Source: Octopus sinensis
Lineage: Eukaryota
Direction: 5' to 3'
Assembly (NCBI RefSeq): GCF_006345805.1
Contig: NC_042998.1
Coordinates: forward strand, 202,864,001 to 202,928,000
DNA: 64,000 nt
In this document: piece after piece, positions 37,446 to 51,506 of the stretch
Numbering within the stretch: position 1 is the first letter of the stretch
Layout: each line of letters opens with the position of its first letter
Made by a program: the position numbers and the translations under genes
Notes under the pieces: generated by a model
Told to the model about the DNA's origin: nothing
Database searches by the model: none
Seen by the model: only the letters and a program-made list of their open reading frames with translations

Positions 37446-40022
37446 ATGCTTGCGCATATGAATTATCCCGTGATTTTTTTTACTCTAATGTCATTTAGAG
37501 CAGATAAATTTTATATTTGAACATTCACAAAATATGAACAAGTACAAAACGCAACTAATGTATCAATTTTACAAAACAAGAAAACAAATAAATTGATTTT
37601 ATAATTAATCTTAATTTTTGGTTTCTGAATTTCTTTTAATTTTACTACTGAATCATTTTCTATAATTTTCACTCAAGGAGTGCGTGTGTGTGTGAGTGTG
37701 AAAGAGAGTAGTAGTAGTAGTAGTAGTAGTAGCGGCAGCAGCAACAGCAGTGTCTAAGTTAGATGAATAATGACTCTAGTGTATGTATACCTTATCTCAA
37801 TATACCAACATCTCAATTTCTTAATAACAATGGTATCACCAATGTCAAATAGGTAAGGAGTACTCTAGTGCTGGTTTGAACCGACTATTTCTGTGTCTCA
37901 GCAATGATGCACGATGGCTGCACCAGTTTTAGATGTGTAAGGTTCACTCTAACATGGCATATTATCTTGTCGGGATTTTCAGTATAAGATCTAAATCTCT
38001 ACTTCAGATGGCAGTGTTGTGTGGGTACTAAAAACTGTTGTTGCTACTTTAGCCCAAGTTCAATCCTGACCAAAACCGTTCCAACACCTTTTTTTCCGAA
38101 TATTGTGTATCTAGGACTACTTTATCCAATGAGTCCTTGTGTTCATCACAAGGAGAATTGCAGAAATTAATACAGTTTATACAAATAAAGGAAAACGTTC
38201 TAATTACATTCATCCTCGAAATATGTTACTAATAATGGTAATAAGGTCGCCGGCTACAGTATGATATGTTACAATATAGTACAACACTTTGCAACACAGT
38301 ATAATGCATTTAAATACAATTAAACATTATATAACGCAGTATACCGTATTACAGTATAGTATAACACTTTACAACACAATACATATTACAATGTAGTACA
38401 ATACATACCAAAACAAAATTTTCGAACCTATTTAAGCAAGCCTTAAAACGGTTTTTCACATAGAAATGCGTAGATGAATCATTCAATGTTTTGTTTTGCT
38501 CAAGAGAATAGTTTTATTTCTTCTTTTGGTTTTGTTTCTTTTTTTTTTGCTTTGTTTTGTTTTTGTTTCTTTGGTTTTTTTTTTTGTCATCATTCACCGT
38601 TCAGACTTTCCCATACAGCCAATGCTAATCTGGTCTGTACCGTTTATATAAATACTGGATTTTCTTATTCCGGAATGGCCGTTCACTTCAAAAGCTTAAA
38701 AGTATGAAATATTTGAAAAAGATACGCCGTCTTCTTTTATCCATTTAATTGGATTGTCTTTTCTAGTTTATCTGCTTCAGCAATTTTCTTTCGACCTATA
38801 AAACCATTGAACCTGATTACTTGCAGCAATAGTTTACATAGTCCGTCCAACTTGATTATGTCTGGAATATTCTATGCTTCACTATATAAGCTTCATTATC
38901 AACGGATGAAGAATGCTGAGAATTCTAGGCGTTCCTTTAAGTGAATAGTCAATAGAAAACGGAAATGAGTTTAGGTAAGTTTGAGAACATTCTTTAGAAT
39001 GAGAAGCAACAATGGATCCCAGTCTTTACCTGTCAAATTAACTATTGTCTGGCAAACTTAGACAAATATACTGTAGCATTCCAATAAACGTAAAAACGAA
39101 CCGAAAAATGAGATTATGGTTTTGTTTTCGAAATGGCGTCTAAATGCGTAGAAAGATGAATTAGATATTTATTGTCAGTGTTTGTCGAATGCAATAGCGT
39201 ATGGAAGCGAGGAATTAAGTAAATACATATTTCTTTGCACCGTAAATATGAATCAAAATTGTATTTATTTTCTTCTTACTTTAACGACTAAATAGATAAC
39301 TGGTACGAGAAAGGTGATCATCAGATATAGAATATGTTGTTTTGTAATTTGAGTGACATTTAGACAATTAATAGTCTAAATCCTCTACTTGGCTATAATC
39401 TAATCTTGGAACTTAAAACTATAGTAAGTGTTAAATTAGCTTTCTTAATTGGAACGTTGTGATACACAATAAATTCTCAGCCTATACTTCTTCCGATCAG
39501 CTATCGACTCACTTTATTTCGAAATGTAATTCAATGAGTAGGAACTGGCGTTCGGATGTCTACTTCTGCAGTTGTCAAACAAATTGGATGTCGTTTGAAT
39601 TAATTTCTAAGTGTGTCTTTATTGTTGCTTGCTAGGTCTGTAAATTTAACGAATGATAAATCAACAGCCTTTGTCATTCGTAAGAGGCACAAAACCAGGA
39701 AAATATAAGAAGGCATACAAATTCACGACGTATTGATTAGGTACTTATTTTTTTATGATACACATGTTCTCCGTCGCATTTTCTCTAAGCCTCTCCGGAA
39801 CGAATAAAGTTCCACTTTGTTGCTGAGTCTGACAGAATTATTTGTCAATCTTTCCTCAAACCGCATTATACCGTCTTCAGAAAAAAGACACCTTGAATAA
39901 GGTGGTCCTATATTAAAGCAAAAGACGTAATAGTAATCGGTGGAATGCCTCGGCTGGGGGTGAATTAAAGATAACCAGCCACAAAAACAACAGAAGCAGC
40001 GGTGACGACAGCAGCCGCAACA

Positions 40023-40215
40023 GTGGAGGCGCAATGGCCCAGTGGTTAGGGCAGCGGACTTGCGGTCGTAAGAACGCGGTTTCGATTCCCAGAACAACCA
40101 TTGTGAGTGTTTATTGAGCAAAAGCACCTGAGCTCCACGATGTTCCGGCAGGTGGGGAGGGTGAACCCCGCTGTACTCTTTCACCACAACTTTCTCTCAC
40201 TCTTTCTTCCTACTT
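40023..40215 (+). mobile_element. tRNA-derived SINE family C, 5' part
   Basis: gtggaggcgcaatggcccagtggttagggcagcggac..gtttcgattccc. Confidence 0.8.
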
Positions 40216-40504
40216 CTGCCACAAAGCAGAGGAACCATGGTGTAACACGCTATGGTGTGGTAAACTTTCAGACCCTAGTCTAGATTGTGAATCCTCTGTA
40301 CCCCAGGATGGTTCAGCTCTCCATCCGTTAAAAACCACCGTTTACGGAATGAGGATAACAACGTAGCTTTTGCGCCCGCGCAACCGCCAGTCTATCGCGT
40401 GTGGTGGGTGGATCTTCAAGTTGCCACACGCAATTTTAGTAGCTTAGAGTAGGCTCGAATTAGAGATTTTTCTTTGTGACTAATGGTGCGAGTCCTGATT
40501 GGAA

Positions 40505-40922
40505 GACGAAGAAGAAGAAGAAGAAGAAGAAGAAGAAGAAGAAGAAGAAGAAGAAGAAGAAGAAGAAGAAGAAGAAGACGAAGAAGAAGACGAGGAAGAA
40601 GAAGAAGAAGACGAAGAAGAAGAAGAGAAGAAGAAGACGAAGAAGAAGAAGAAGACGAAGAAGAAGAAGAAGAAGAGAAGAAGAAGAAGAAGAAGACGAG
40701 AAGAAGAAGAAGAAGAAGAAGAAGAAGAAGAAGAAGAAGAAGAAGAAGAAGAAGAAGACGAAGAAGAAGAAGACGAGGAAGAAGAAGAAGAAGACGAAGA
40801 AGAAGAAGACGAAGAAGAAGACGAAGAAGACGAAGAAGAAGAAGAAGACGAAGAAGAAGAAGAAGAAGAAGAAGAAGAAGAAAAGACGAAGAAGAAGAAG
40901 AAGAAGAAGAAGAAGAAGAAGA
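40505..40922. repeat. (GAA)n array with GAC/GAG interruptions
   Basis: About 420 bp of purine-rich triplets. Confidence 0.95.
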
Positions 40923-41317
40923 ATACAATCTTGCAAATACATTAACTGCTTTATTAAATATAAAGTATAATAGTAAAACAAACTGTATCAGTTCATGTTT
41001 TATTGCTACAAGGGTTTCAAATATCATGGTTAAATATATCATCATCTAAATGATTAATTCAGAAAAAGATCAAGAGACACAGCCTTTAAATTTTATATTA
41101 ATCAATATTGGTTTCAAAATTAGGCACAACACCAACGATTTCGTGAGAGGGGTCAGTCGATTACATTGGTTCCAGTGCTTATCTGGGACTTATTTTATCA
41201 ACTTCGAAAGCACGAAAGGCAAAATTCAACCTCGGTGGAATTTGAACTCCGAACGTAAATCCAGGGGAAATGCCGCTAAGCATTTTATCCAGCGTTCTAA
41301 CGCCTAAATATATTTAC

Positions 41318-41732
41318 AAGGCGGCGAGCTGGAAGAAACGTTAGCGCGCCGGACGAAATGCCTAGCGGTATTTCGTCTGTCGTTACGTTCTGAGTTCAAA
41401 TTCCGCCGAGGTCGACTTTACCTTTCATCCTTTCGGGGTCGATAAATTAAGCACCAGCTACGCACTGGGGTCGATGTAATCGACTTAATACCTATGTCTG
41501 TCCTTGTTTGTCCCTTCTATGTTTAGCCCCTTGTGGGTAATAAAGAAATAGATATTTCGTCTGTCGTTACGTTCTGAGTTCAAATTCCGCCGAGGTCGAC
41601 TTTGCCTTTCATCCTCTCGGGGTCGATAAATAAAGTACCAGTTTCGCACTGGGTCGATATAATCGACTTAATCCCTTTGTCTGTCCTTGTTTGTCCCCTT
41701 TATGTTTAACCCCTTGTGGGTAGTAAAGAAAT
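41318..41732 (+). mobile_element. SINE family B with internal tandem duplication
   Basis: The body tatttcgtctgtcgttacg..aaagaaata occurs twice. Confidence 0.85.
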
Positions 41733-41966
41733 ATATATATATATATTAACATCGGTTTCAAATTTTGATACAAATCCTTCGGGAGAAGTATCAGTCGATT
41801 ACACCGACCCCATTGCTCAACTGGTATTTATTTTATCGGCTGCTAAAGAATTTGAAGCGTATTGATTAATACTGGTTTCGAATTTGGGCACAAGGCCAGC
41901 AATTCGATATTAAAATGAGTTTCATCAATAGCTTTTTAGTTAACAACTCTGGGTATGATTGTTTGT

Positions 41967-42203
41967 TTACTCTTTTCTCTTTTACTTGTTTCAGTCATTT
42001 GACTGCGGCCATGCTGGAGCACCGCCTTTAGTCGAGCAAATCGACCCCGGGACTTATTCTTTCTAAGCCCAGTACTTATTCTATCGTTCTCTTTTGCCGA
42101 ACCGCTAAGTGACGGGGACGTAAACACACCAGCATCGGTTGTCAAGCAATGCTAGGGAGACAAGCACAGACACACAAACACATATACACACACACACATA
42201 TAT

Positions 42204-42247
<44 letters not shown>

Positions 42248-42419
42248 CATATATACGACAGGCTTCTTTCAGTTTCCGTCTACCAAATCCACTCACAAGG
42301 CATTGGTCGGCCCGGGGCTATAGCAGAAGACACTTGCCCAAGATGCCACGCAGTGGAACTAAACCCGGAACCATGTGGTTGGTAAGCAAGCTACTTACCA
42401 CACAGCCACTCCTGCGCCT
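41967..42419 (-). mobile_element. SINE family A, full length
   Basis: Near-identical to 805-1197. Confidence 0.9.
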
Positions 42420-42932
42420 TTGTTTTTTTTTTCTTTCTTTCTTCCCATCAGTGAAGCAAAATCTAATTGTGCCCAACTGCCGAGTATTGGGTTTGTTAGT
42501 TGACAGCAGGCAAGATACAGCTTGTAAAAGGTATACCGAATAATAGTTGTCTAGACGTTGACTATATAATCCCAAATATTTTTTTTTTTCTTACTGATTA
42601 ATTACTGTTGGATAATCTCTGGCTTTAAATTTTGATTGGATAATTCCTGTTAATAAATATTTAGTGGATACTCACGCCTTGCAAATGTTCACTAAAAAAT
42701 TACTGCAAATGTTGACTGAATAATCTCAAATAGTAAAGATTTACTGAATACTCGTCGTCGGTAAATGTCTACTAGATAGTTACTGTCTATGGGTGTTGAT
42801 TAGATAATTCCAATTGATAAATGCTTAATTCCAATTAATAAACGTTTACTGAATATTCATTACCTGTAAATGTTCACTAGGTAATTATTGCTTGTAAATA
42901 CTCACGGTACAATTACTGTCTGTAAATATTAG

Positions 42933-43590
42933 TTTCAAATTTTGGCACAAGCCCAGCAATTTCGGGATAGGGGCTAAGTCGATTATATTGACGCCAGTGC
43001 TCAACTGGGACTTATTTTATCGACCCTGAAAAAGATGAAAGATGTGCTAACGATCCTGCCTTACTGTCAGTAAATGTTGATTTCAAATTTTGGCACAAGC
43101 CCAGCAATTTCGGGATAGGGGCTAAGTCGATTATATTGACGCCAGTGCTCAACTGGGACTTATTTTATCGACCCTGAAAAAGATGAAAGATGTGCTAACG
43201 ATCCTGCCTTACTGTCAGTAAATGTTGATTTCAAATTTTGGCACAAGGCTAACAATTTCGGGATAGGAGCTAAGTCGATTATATTGACGCCAGTGCTCAA
43301 CTGGGACTTATTTTATCGACCCTGAAAAAGATGAAAGGTGTGCTAACGATCCTGCTTTACTGTCAGTAAATGTCGATTTCAAATTTTGGCACAAGGCCAA
43401 CAGTTTCGGAGTTGGGGCCAAGTCGATTACATCTATCCCAGTGCTCGACTGGTCACTTATTTTAACGACCCCGAAAGGATGAAAGGCGAAGTCGACCTCG
43501 GCGGAATTTCAGTTCAGAACATGAGGACGGACAAAATGCTGCCAATCATTTAGGCCGGTGTGATAACAATTCGGCCAGCTCACCACCTTA
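42933..43590. repeat. 148-bp tandem repeat derived from a SINE B end plus flank
   Basis: Units start at 42933, 43081, 43229 and 43377 (tttcaaattttggcacaag..); the fourth continues as a complete SINE. Confidence 0.9.
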
Positions 43591-43679
43591 TTGTCGGTAA
43601 ATATTGATAATTATTATCTGTACACGTTAATTAGATAATTTTACCCAGTAGATTAAATAATCCCAACCAGTTTCTTTTA

Positions 43680-43909
43680 TTTCTTTTACGTGTTTCGGTC
43701 ATTTGACTGCGGCCATGCTGGAGGCACCGTCTTTAGTCGAGTAAATCGACTCCAGGACTTGTTATCTAATTATTTGTAAGCCTAGTAATTATCTTATCGG
43801 TCTCTTTTGCCGAACTATTAAGATACGGGGGACATAAACACTCCAGCACCGGTTTTTAAGCGATGGTGGGTTGACAAACAGACATACAAATACATATATA
43901 TATATACAT

Positions 43910-43979
<70 letters not shown>

Positions 43980-44168
43980 CGCTTTGGGATTTGGTTTGCA
44001 AGATTCTTTATATGAGTTCGTGTATTAAAGCATATTCTGTTGTGTCTGGGGAGAGTCATTCTTTTTTTTGTGCCTTAAAAATAAAAATAAGACAAAAGTG
44101 GAAATTTTACCGGTGAGTGTGTTAAATAATAAGGCACAAAAATAAAATGACTCTCCCCAGACACAACA

Positions 44169-44257
<89 letters not shown>

Positions 44258-44386
44258 CACGGGCTTTTTTCAGTTTCCGTCTACCATATCCACTCACAAG
44301 GTTTTGGTCGGCCCGAGGCTATAGTAGAAGACACTTTCCCACAGTGTCATGCAGTGAGACTGAACCCGGGACCGTGTGGTTGAGAA
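43680..44386 (-). mobile_element. SINE family A split by an inverted-repeat insert in its internal TA tract
   Basis: Tail half 43680-43910, head half 44255-44386; insert 43975-44170 with IR ctgttgtgtctggggagagtcat / atgactctccccagacacaacag. Confidence 0.75.
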
Positions 44387-45095
44387 GTTATCAATTTTTA
44401 TAATTACTGCCCATAAATATTGCCTGGTAAACCAAAATCTAACCTGAAGACGTGGCCTGGATACTTATATCCCGTAAACGCTAACAAGAAAGACTTTACC
44501 TATAAATAGTTATGGAATCGACTTAGCTTGGGTTAGCTATTTAGTGAGAGTCATAAATAAATGAAAGTAAAGATACAACGCTCGAACATTCAACTGTTGA
44601 CGTGATATAACTAGATGGTAGCCACTATCAGGATACATACAGACTACAGTAAATATTGTGTTCACCATTTAATTGTTTTTTTCCCCCTTGATACTGTGTA
44701 AGATGAAGAAACATCCTGATATCAAATACAGTTTTGCTCATACACCACATAGTCGATTATTGAAAAAAAAATTTTTTTTTCCTGTAAATACAGGAAATTT
44801 AATAGCCTTATACAAGTTTCTAAATTAAGGTTTGGTTTTTGCCAATATTTGCGTTGTTTTTTCTATTTTTCTCTTTTTTCTTTTTACCTTTATTTTTATA
44901 TTTTTATTTTTATTGTTTTTTTTTTCTTTTCTTTTCGAAAATATTTTTATCTGTTTGGTTAATTCTGTTCAAGTAATGGTTGTAGTCAAAAGAATCCTTT
45001 GAAAATCAGTAGCCAAGTGCAACCTTTAGAAAATTACCAATAGTGTTGAAATAAATTAACAGATCCTATCCTCATACACACACAGACACACACAG

Positions 45096-45126
<31 letters not shown>

Positions 45127-45205
45127 CACATATATAAACATACATACAAACAGATCCACTCATCTATATATACATATATATATACATATATATACATATA
45201 TATAC

Positions 45206-45283
<78 letters not shown>

Positions 45284-45796
45284 GATACATACGTACATAT
45301 GTACACACATGCATCCTGCATGTATGTTTATGCATGTATACATACATTTATGCATATACGCATTCACACACGTATAAGTATATAATAGGTATTTACGAGT
45401 AATTTTGACCATATAAACTTGCTTTTCCTTTCTCAGCTCTCTCTCTCTCTCTCTTTCTCTTACACACACATACATATAAGTGTGTATCTATGTGTGTATG
45501 CCTATATATTTATATACGTGTATGTGTGTATTCATTTATATATGAATTTATCTGCATACGAATGTGTGAGCGTATGTGTGTGTGTATGCATGTAGGAGAT
45601 GAGGTAAAAATAAAAGTAGGAATGAAATACATCTCATTTAGATCGCCATCGTTCGTTTGAGTGAGGTCTTATATGAAGTGAAACAACTTTCTGTGTAATC
45701 CGTAACGATTTCAAATAAAGATTAATTGGAAAGAGAAAAGAGGGGAACGAGAAAGGGGGGGGTGATATAGAATGAGATGAGCAGTAATTGAAATGG

Positions 45797-46530
<734 letters not shown>

Positions 46531-46999
46531 ACATATGAGAAAAAATTAAGTAGAAGTGAGCAAAATATTTCTTGTCGTTTGTAAAAATTCGATTTATTAT
46601 TGCTGATCTTCAAAGTAAAACTTTCCTTAATATTTTTCTGTACATCAGTTAGATGGGCTGGCAGGAGGCCATTTCTTGTGTGATGTGAAACGGCTCACAC
46701 CCTTGTACAGCCATCAACTCCTACATACACCCATATGCACCTATATATACACTTTCTACACCGACACGCTGACTCAGTTCACGTGACTGGCGTTGATGTG
46801 TTAGTTGTGTAGTGATACCTTTGGTTTGTGAGTATGTACGAGTGTATGTGTGTGCATGTATGAATAAGTGCGCCAGTGTGTTTATGCGTTGTTTACGAAA
46901 GCATCTTTGTGCTTCTAAGCAGATATATGTATGGATATGTTTGTACGCGTGCGCATGCATATATATGTATATATATACATACATACATACATACATACA

Positions 47000-47035
<36 letters not shown>

Positions 47036-47329
47036 TATATATTATCAATATTATTATTAATGAATATGGAGGTTTGTATATATCCACAATATTTTATTTT
47101 ATAGTTATGTAGAGCATATTATAATGACCTATACGTGTTTCCGCTGCAGCGACTACTCACTGTTGCAAGTGCAACCTTGCAATGTTGTCGATGCAGCTTC
47201 ATTCAGATCCCAACCATCTGGGGGTCATTCTCGAAGTGAACTAATTGAAGTTAGTTAGCGTTCTGTGGGGGTGTTATTATTTATAGGTAAGTACTGCTGA
47301 CCTCAACTTATATATATATAAACTTAGAT

Positions 47330-47700
47330 ATGTTTCGACCAATGATTGGTCCAGGCCATGTCTAACTTAATAGCACCACCTGATAGGATTATTTGAATCC
47401 TGTTTAAGTCAAGTTTTGTTTATGGTCCATTCAAGTAGTGAGTTTTTGTTGGGTGAGTTGTATCCAATTATGGGTGGCTTATCTGGTATTCCTTGCAGGA
47501 ATCTATCCAGATTCCGTTTAAAGTTGATGGGATCCTGTTCCTCTTTGATCTCTTTCGGGACAATGTTAAATAGGGCAGGGCCTGTTGAGGAAAAGAAATT
47601 ATGTCGTAGTGTACATGTATGCTGTGATCTTGAATTGGGCAGGGTACGTATGGCCCGCGGTCCCAGTCTTGGATGAACCTTGAAGCTAATGTTCAGGTCA
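47330..47700 (-). pseudogene. CR1-group LINE 3' end
   Basis: HPRLGPRAI..FFSSTGPALFNIVPKEIKEEQDPINFKRNLDRFLQGIPDKPPIIGYNSPNKNSLLEW. Confidence 0.8.
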
Positions 47701-48049
47701 TACTACTAATATAGGATGAAGTTTTTTTACAGAAAAAAATTTCATCAAAAAATGTGGCAGCATATTAAAATACCTTTAAAGGTTAAAATTATAAACAACT
47801 TATAAACAAGGGCAAAAGAAAATTATTTTTATGCCAATATGCTGATAACAGACTTTTAAATCGTCAATTTCCACATATTGTTATATACCCGGCACAAGTC
47901 TGTTATCAGCATATTGGCATAGAAATAATTTTCTTTTGCTCTTGTTTATAAGTTGTTTAGAATTTTAACCGTAAAGGTATTTTAATATGCTGCCACATTT
48001 TTTGGTGAAATTTTTTTCTGTAAAAAATCTTCGTCCTATATTAGTAGTA
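47701..48049. mobile_element. MITE with TA flanks
   Basis: About 150-bp TIRs tactactaatataggatgaag / cttcgtcctatattagtagta. Confidence 0.8.
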
Positions 48050-48459
48050 TATATTTTTTAAAGCGAGTTTGAAAGAATATATTATCCGGGCGGATACCGT
48101 ATTAGCTCCCAATTAAGTTCCAGTTAATAGCTAACCATAACGATCAGTATTTAACGTCTGTGACCAGAATTAGTTGTTAGTCACTCCGTAAATTCTTCCG
48201 ATGGGTAATTCGGTGTTCTCTTCCCTGGACTGTAAAAGTTGTCGAGAGTATATATTGCAAATGCAACCTTGTGATGTTGTCAATGCAGCGACTACTCATA
48301 ATTACAAAATCAACCTTGCAATATTGCCGGTGCATTAATACAAGACACAGACAAGCCCTAACATGTTTACACAAACACAGTAGGACCTTTAAGAGATATA
48401 GGTATATCTTCAGTTTCGCTCACAGATTTTTAAAATTATTCTTTTAACTAAACAGTTTG

Positions 48460-49076
48460 AAACTTCGTATACTGATGCAATTTCTAACGCAGAACATGGT
48501 TTACTTTCGACGTCTTTGACAAAATTTCGTATTTTAGAAGTTATTTCGTGTTAAAGTTGTCGTATTTTGGTAATTTTAACCAATCGACGACGTGTATTCA
48601 GCTGAAGAAAGCTACTGCTGTTTGCGATAGTAAACGAAGAGCAACAACCTCCAGGTTATCTCTACTAAATGTCGCCACTCTGTTCTATTTTATTTTTGTT
48701 TACTGCTTGTGTTGCGTATTACGCGCTTTTTTTTATTGCTTTTAGATCGCCTCTTTGCATTTTCACCACTCGTACAAAGATGCAATCGAAAAGCAAAAAG
48801 AAGAAATAATAAGCGTGTAATATGCAACACAAGTAGTAAACCAAAATAAAATAGAACAGAGTGGTGACATTTAGTAGAGATGACCTGGAGGTTGTTGCCC
48901 ATCGATTACTATCGCAAACGGCAGTAGCTTTCTTCATCTGAATACACGTCGTCGATTGGTTAAAATTACCAAAATACAACTTTAACACGAAATAACTTCT
49001 AAAATACGAAATTTTGTCAAAGATGTTGGAAGTAAGCTGTGTTCAGCGTGAGAAATTACGCCAATATACCAAGTTT
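48460..49076. mobile_element. Long-TIR MITE
   Basis: About 270-bp inverted arms (e.g. aaccaatcgacgacgtgtattcag / ctgaatacacgtcgtcgattggtt). Confidence 0.82.
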
Positions 49077-49194
49077 GGGGAGAAGATAATATAGTAGAAT
49101 GTAGTTAGGGAAGTTGATTTGGCTGATATTTCCAGTATGTCGAGGAACGAAGTATCGGTTCTCCTGTTGGCTTTTTTTAACAACTATGTTAGCC

Positions 49195-50409
49195 CGATAA
49201 AGTAATGGTATGTTGTCAACTTATTGTGACAGTCCCATGAAAGGGGAGAATGCTACTGTTATTTAACTCTAGGAAACATCGTTTCCTGTTAGACTTGAGA
49301 CATTTCCTGTGTCCTTATGTCTTCAGAATGATTACTCATCATAAGTCTGGAGTAGCATGGCTTGCTAGCTGTCGATGCCTATCCGCCTTTGAAAACATAT
49401 ATATTGTTAAAAAATAGAAATAATAATTTCTGAATCTCTCAGAGAGATTTATGCAGTAGCAGCACGATAAATTGATAATACGTTGTCTTCGTTAAAATTA
49501 CGCCCGTAATGAAAAGAAAAGGATTATTAGATTTAATTATTCACTCCTGTTAAGAAAAGCAAGGAAGAACATTTAGAACCGTAAATCAATCAAACATTGA
49601 TTGAAGAAAGTGGTGGGGAGTGAAATTTGGTGTTTGGCAATATGGTGAAAACTCTAAACAAGCTTTCTCTCTTATCAGAATAGAATTCTTCAGAGAAGTG
49701 CGATCTTACTATTTTTTTTTTTTCAAATTTCTTGATAACTGGAAAATATAAAGATAGAAATAATACATTTCTAAATTTCTCAGAGAGATTTATGTAGTAG
49801 CAGCACGATAAAGTGATAGTATGTTGTCAACTTAATGTGATTGTCCCATGAAAGGAAATAATGCTACTGTTATTTAGCCATGCTACTCCGGACTGATGGT
49901 GATCAATGACTCCGAAACTAGTCTCTGATTGCTGGATTTGTTGGGTGGAGGTGCTTATCTCCACTTTGAAAACATAAGGACACAGGAAATGTGTCAAGTC
50001 CAACAGGAAACGGTGTTTCCTAGGGCTAAATAACAGTAGCATTCTTTCCTTTCATGGGACTGTCTCATTAAGTTGACAACATACTATCACATTATTGTGC
50101 TGCTATTACATAAATCTCTCTGAGAAATTTAGAAATGTATTATTTCTATCTTTATATTTTCCAGTTACCAAAGAACAGGAAAAAAAAGTAGTAAAATTGC
50201 ACTTCTCTGAGGAATTTTGATAAGAGTGAAAACTTGTCTAAAGTTTTCACCATATTGCCAAACACCAAATTTCACTCCTCACCACTTTCCCCAATCAATT
50301 TTTGATTGATTTACGGTTCTAAATTTTCTTCCTTGCTTTTCTTAACAGCAGTGAATGATCAAATCTAATAATGCTTTTCTCTTCACTACAGGTGTAATTT
50401 TAACGAAGA
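49195..50409. mobile_element. Nested inverted/direct repeat mosaic with a decayed HHR
   Basis: Main arms 49486-49879 / 50024-50409; HHR-like cgga CTGATGG..gactcc GAAA CTAG TC tctg at 49889-49927. Confidence 0.7.
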
Positions 50410-51109
50410 TTCACACGGATCACCCAAATATATTATTGGGTGTTGCAATATAGGGTATGATTTGTGTATTGTTTGAGTTGGTTGTGAAATTTAACTGAAA
50501 GTGTTTTGTGAAGTATGTGCGCCATTTTTAGAACTATTTCTGGTTTGTGAGTAATGTTGGAAGTCTGGAATGCAGGAATGTCTTTGTTTAATAGTTACAT
50601 TATCTTCTGCTTAACAAATGTTCCTAAGTTTAGAATAAGCAGAATACACCGTGCCATTATGGAGGAGTATATGCTTTGTTAGGTCTAACTATAGAACTGT
50701 ATAAATGTGATAAGAAAAAAAAATGAGAGAAGCACTAAAAGATTCATGTTAAGTACCTTGTCTCTGTATGCAATATCTTCGTGAACAGAAAAAATGGAAT
50801 CATTTGGATTAGTCTTAATCTTATGTCTACATCTACCTATGCATGTAATGTAGGCTAAAAAGTATAAATATTTCTGTAGTACAAAATAACATTCAAAGAA
50901 AACGCAGATGATGCAGCAATAATATATTACATACACTAAGAACCAACAATGTGCTCTATAAGCAGATCTGGCTATTTAAAATTATTTCTGCCCTTACTGT
51001 TACTGAGCCCTTAAACTGTGCTTCCAGGGTCAATAAATATGAGTTCTCGCTTGCTCATGAAATCCTAATATGTTAATCAGGCTAATACCTCTTTTTGTCT
51101 ACAAAGATA

Positions 51110-51506
51110 TCTTTATATATAAAAGTGAAGTTGTGTGTCTGTCTCCTACGATTTAGATTCCTAACTACTCCCACATTTTGCGGTGCAGTTTAACCAAAAC
51201 CGGGTATCTTATAGTCGTGATTCATATCGAGCCCTTCTGTGTATTAGCGCGCGTCTACGATGAGTCTACGAGTTAAAAGAAATTTACCATCATTTTTTTC
51301 CATCTTAATGCATTTTTTCGCTATTATATAAGGGAAGTAACTCTCTAAAAATGTCTACGATGAGTCAACGGTTTTTAAAAAATTTACCATCATTTTTTTT
51401 TCCATTTTTAATGCATTTTTTTGCTATTTTTTGGCTATAACTCTCTAAAAATGCTTATATAGTTATTTCCCTTACAAACCCGAGCAACGCCGGGCGATAC
51501 TGCTAG
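51110..51506 (+). mobile_element. Non-autonomous Helitron
   Basis: A|TCTTTATATATAAAAG.. and ..cccgagcaacgccgggcgatactgCTAG|T; 3' end matches 22769-23126. Confidence 0.82.

Noticed and set aside
39753-39915. Minus-strand exon-like segment GPPYSRCLFSEDGIMRFEERL..
   Set aside because: Good acceptor only; its phase does not join the preceding candidate exon and there is no homology support.
42933-43524. Regularly spaced repeats resembling a CRISPR array
   Set aside because: The units are contiguous 148-bp SINE-derived tandem copies without unique spacers, in a eukaryotic context with no cas genes.
44430-44480. CTGAAGA..ggata/tatcc..gtAAACGCT hammerhead relic
   Set aside because: GAAA, the cleavage triplet and stem I are all defective; too degenerate to count.
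44700-44765. MKKHPDIKY, reminiscent of an HMG-box tail
   Set aside because: Short chance match with no upstream HMG helices or splice support.
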